A program made the position numbers and the translations under genes. The notes under the pieces were generated by a model. That model was not told the origin of the DNA and did no database searches. It saw only the letters and a program-made list of their open reading frames with translations. A stretch of DNA of 63,342 nt, filler included, from Octopus bimaculoides (Eukaryota): the NCBI RefSeq assembly GCF_001194135.2. It is 6 parts of 5 records of this genome, joined end to end, with 100 filler letters (N's around TTAATTAATTAA, not from the genome) between each part and the next. Parts side by side here need not be neighbours in the genome. Positions count along the whole stretch, not along the records: positions 61,159 to 63,342 come from NW_026391790.1; 5 more parts are not named here. One strand, written 5' to 3'. Positions 61,764 through 63,342 of this stretch are shown piece after piece; the first letter of the stretch is position 1, and each line of letters starts with the position of its first letter.

Positions 61764-62506
61764 NNNNNNNNNNNNNNNNNNNNNNNNNNNNNNNNNNNNN
61801 NNNNNNNNNNNNNNNNNNNNNNNNNNNNNNNNNNNNNNNNNNNNNNNNNNNNNNNNNNNNNNNNNNNNNNNNNNNNNNNNNNNNNNNNNNNNNNNNNNNN
61901 NNNNNNNNNNNNNNNNNNNNNNNNNNNNNNNNNNNNNNNNNNNNNNNNNNNNNNNNNNNNNNNNNNNNNNNNNNNNNNNNNNNNNNNNNNNNNNNNNNNN
62001 NNNNNNNNNNNNNNNNNNNNNNNNNNNNNNNNNNNNNNNNNNNNNNNNNNNNNNNNNNNNNNNNNNNNNNNNNNNNNNNNNNNNNNNNNNNNNNNNNNNN
62101 NNNNNNNNNNNNNNNNNNNNNNNNNNNNNNNNNNNNNNNNNNNNNNNNNNNNNNNNNNNNNNNNNNNNNNNNNNNNNNNNNNNNNNNNNNNNNNNNNNNN
62201 NNNNNNNNNNNNNNNNNNNNNNNNNNNNNNNNNNNNNNNNNNNNNNNNNNNNNNNNNNNNNNNNNNNNNNNNNNNNNNNNNNNNNNNNNNNNNNNNNNNN
62301 NNNNNNNNNNNNNNNNNNNNNNNNNNNNNNNNNNNNNNNNNNNNNNNNNNNNNNNNNNNNNNNNNNNNNNNNNNNNNNNNNNNNNNNNNNNNNNNNNNNN
62401 NNNNNNNNNNNNNNNNNNNNNNNNNNNNNNNNNNNNNNNNNNNNNNNNNNNNNNNNNNNNNNNNNNNNNNNNNNNNNNNNNNNNNNNNNNNNNNNNNNNN
62501 NNNNNN

Positions 62507-62820
62507 GTACGCAACTGGTACTTAATTTATCGATCTCCGAAAGGATAAAAGGCAAATTCGACCCCGGCGGAATTTGAACTCAGAACATAAAGACAGACGA
62601 AATACCGCTAAGTATTCTTTTCGACACTAGGCACAAGGCCTGAAATTTGGGGGAAGGGGTGGGCGGCAGTCGATTAGGTCGACCCCAGTACGCAACTGGT
62701 ACTTAATTTATCGATCTCCGAAAGGATAAAAGGCAAATTCGAACCCGGCGGAATTTGAACTCGGAACGTAAAGACCGCTAAGTACTTCGCCCAGCATGCT
62801 AACGATTCTGCCAGTTCGCT
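62507..62820 (-). mobile_element. SINE family B tandem partial dimer
   Basis: Two units offset by about 180 bp sharing private variants. Confidence 0.9.
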
Positions 62821-63342
62821 GATTATCAAATCGCCAACTGCTGGTTGTAGCTGAGATTTGAACTTGATACAACACTCACTTCAGTCGTATCAACAACAAT
62901 AACATTTATTAGCCAAAGAATTGAGCATTTCATAACTCTGTTTAGCCCCCTGTGGTCAATAAAGGACTTTATTTGTTCTCATGTCTCACCTAAACTACAA
63001 TAAACTCGACCTGGCCACACACACACACAATCAACAACACACAGACATTCACACATATATAGATATGCTCACGTACATACACACCTGAAAATATCGGTGT
63101 TTTGCCGTAGAATTCTTTTCGCTTGTATCTTGTCTGAGAAAACGGGTAAGTGACGATCTGATAGCTTTTAAACGATTTACTTAACCCATTACCTACCAGT
63201 GATCTCATATGAGATCACATAAAAATTACAAATTTCGTAATTATTTGTCAATATTTACACATATCTAACCTTTTTGCTATATCTACTGGGTGTATTTCTC
63301 TGATATTCAAATGAGGTTTGCTAATTTTTCAACCAATATCTC

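Noticed and set aside
53-63208. Most ORFs in the supplied track (poly-YI, VC, HT, L, S, X)
   Set aside because: They are translations of microsatellites, low-complexity DNA or N gaps. Only those overlapping TE relics or noted candidates carry information.

Overview
This is AT-rich, repeat-dense metazoan genomic DNA from a gapped draft assembly. The SINE families, microsatellite load and TE spectrum point to an octopod cephalopod (inference, not a database result). I recognise no intact protein-coding gene, and almost all listed ORFs are microsatellite, low-complexity or N-gap artefacts. Supported features: a tRNA-His pseudogene; two different Penelope-like RT/GIY-YIG relics; R4/Dong-, HERO- and RTE-clade LINE fragments; mariner, Tc1 and maT (DD37D) relics; an hAT MITE with an 8-bp TSD; a TTAA-flanked foldback MITE; dozens of tRNA-derived SINEs from at least four families; and many microsatellites. 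Best leads: a pre-miRNA-like hairpin (2953-3021); a 24-bp-TSD-flanked element with an ORF1-like remnant that shares its 3' tail with a SINE nested inside it (19249-20315); hammerhead-like motifs tied to Penelope-like repeats; a sharply CpG-depleted contig (43290-48957); (TAA)n-targeted insertions; and a candidate + strand exon pair at 27590-27852. All counts, alignments and folds were done by eye and need computational confirmation.
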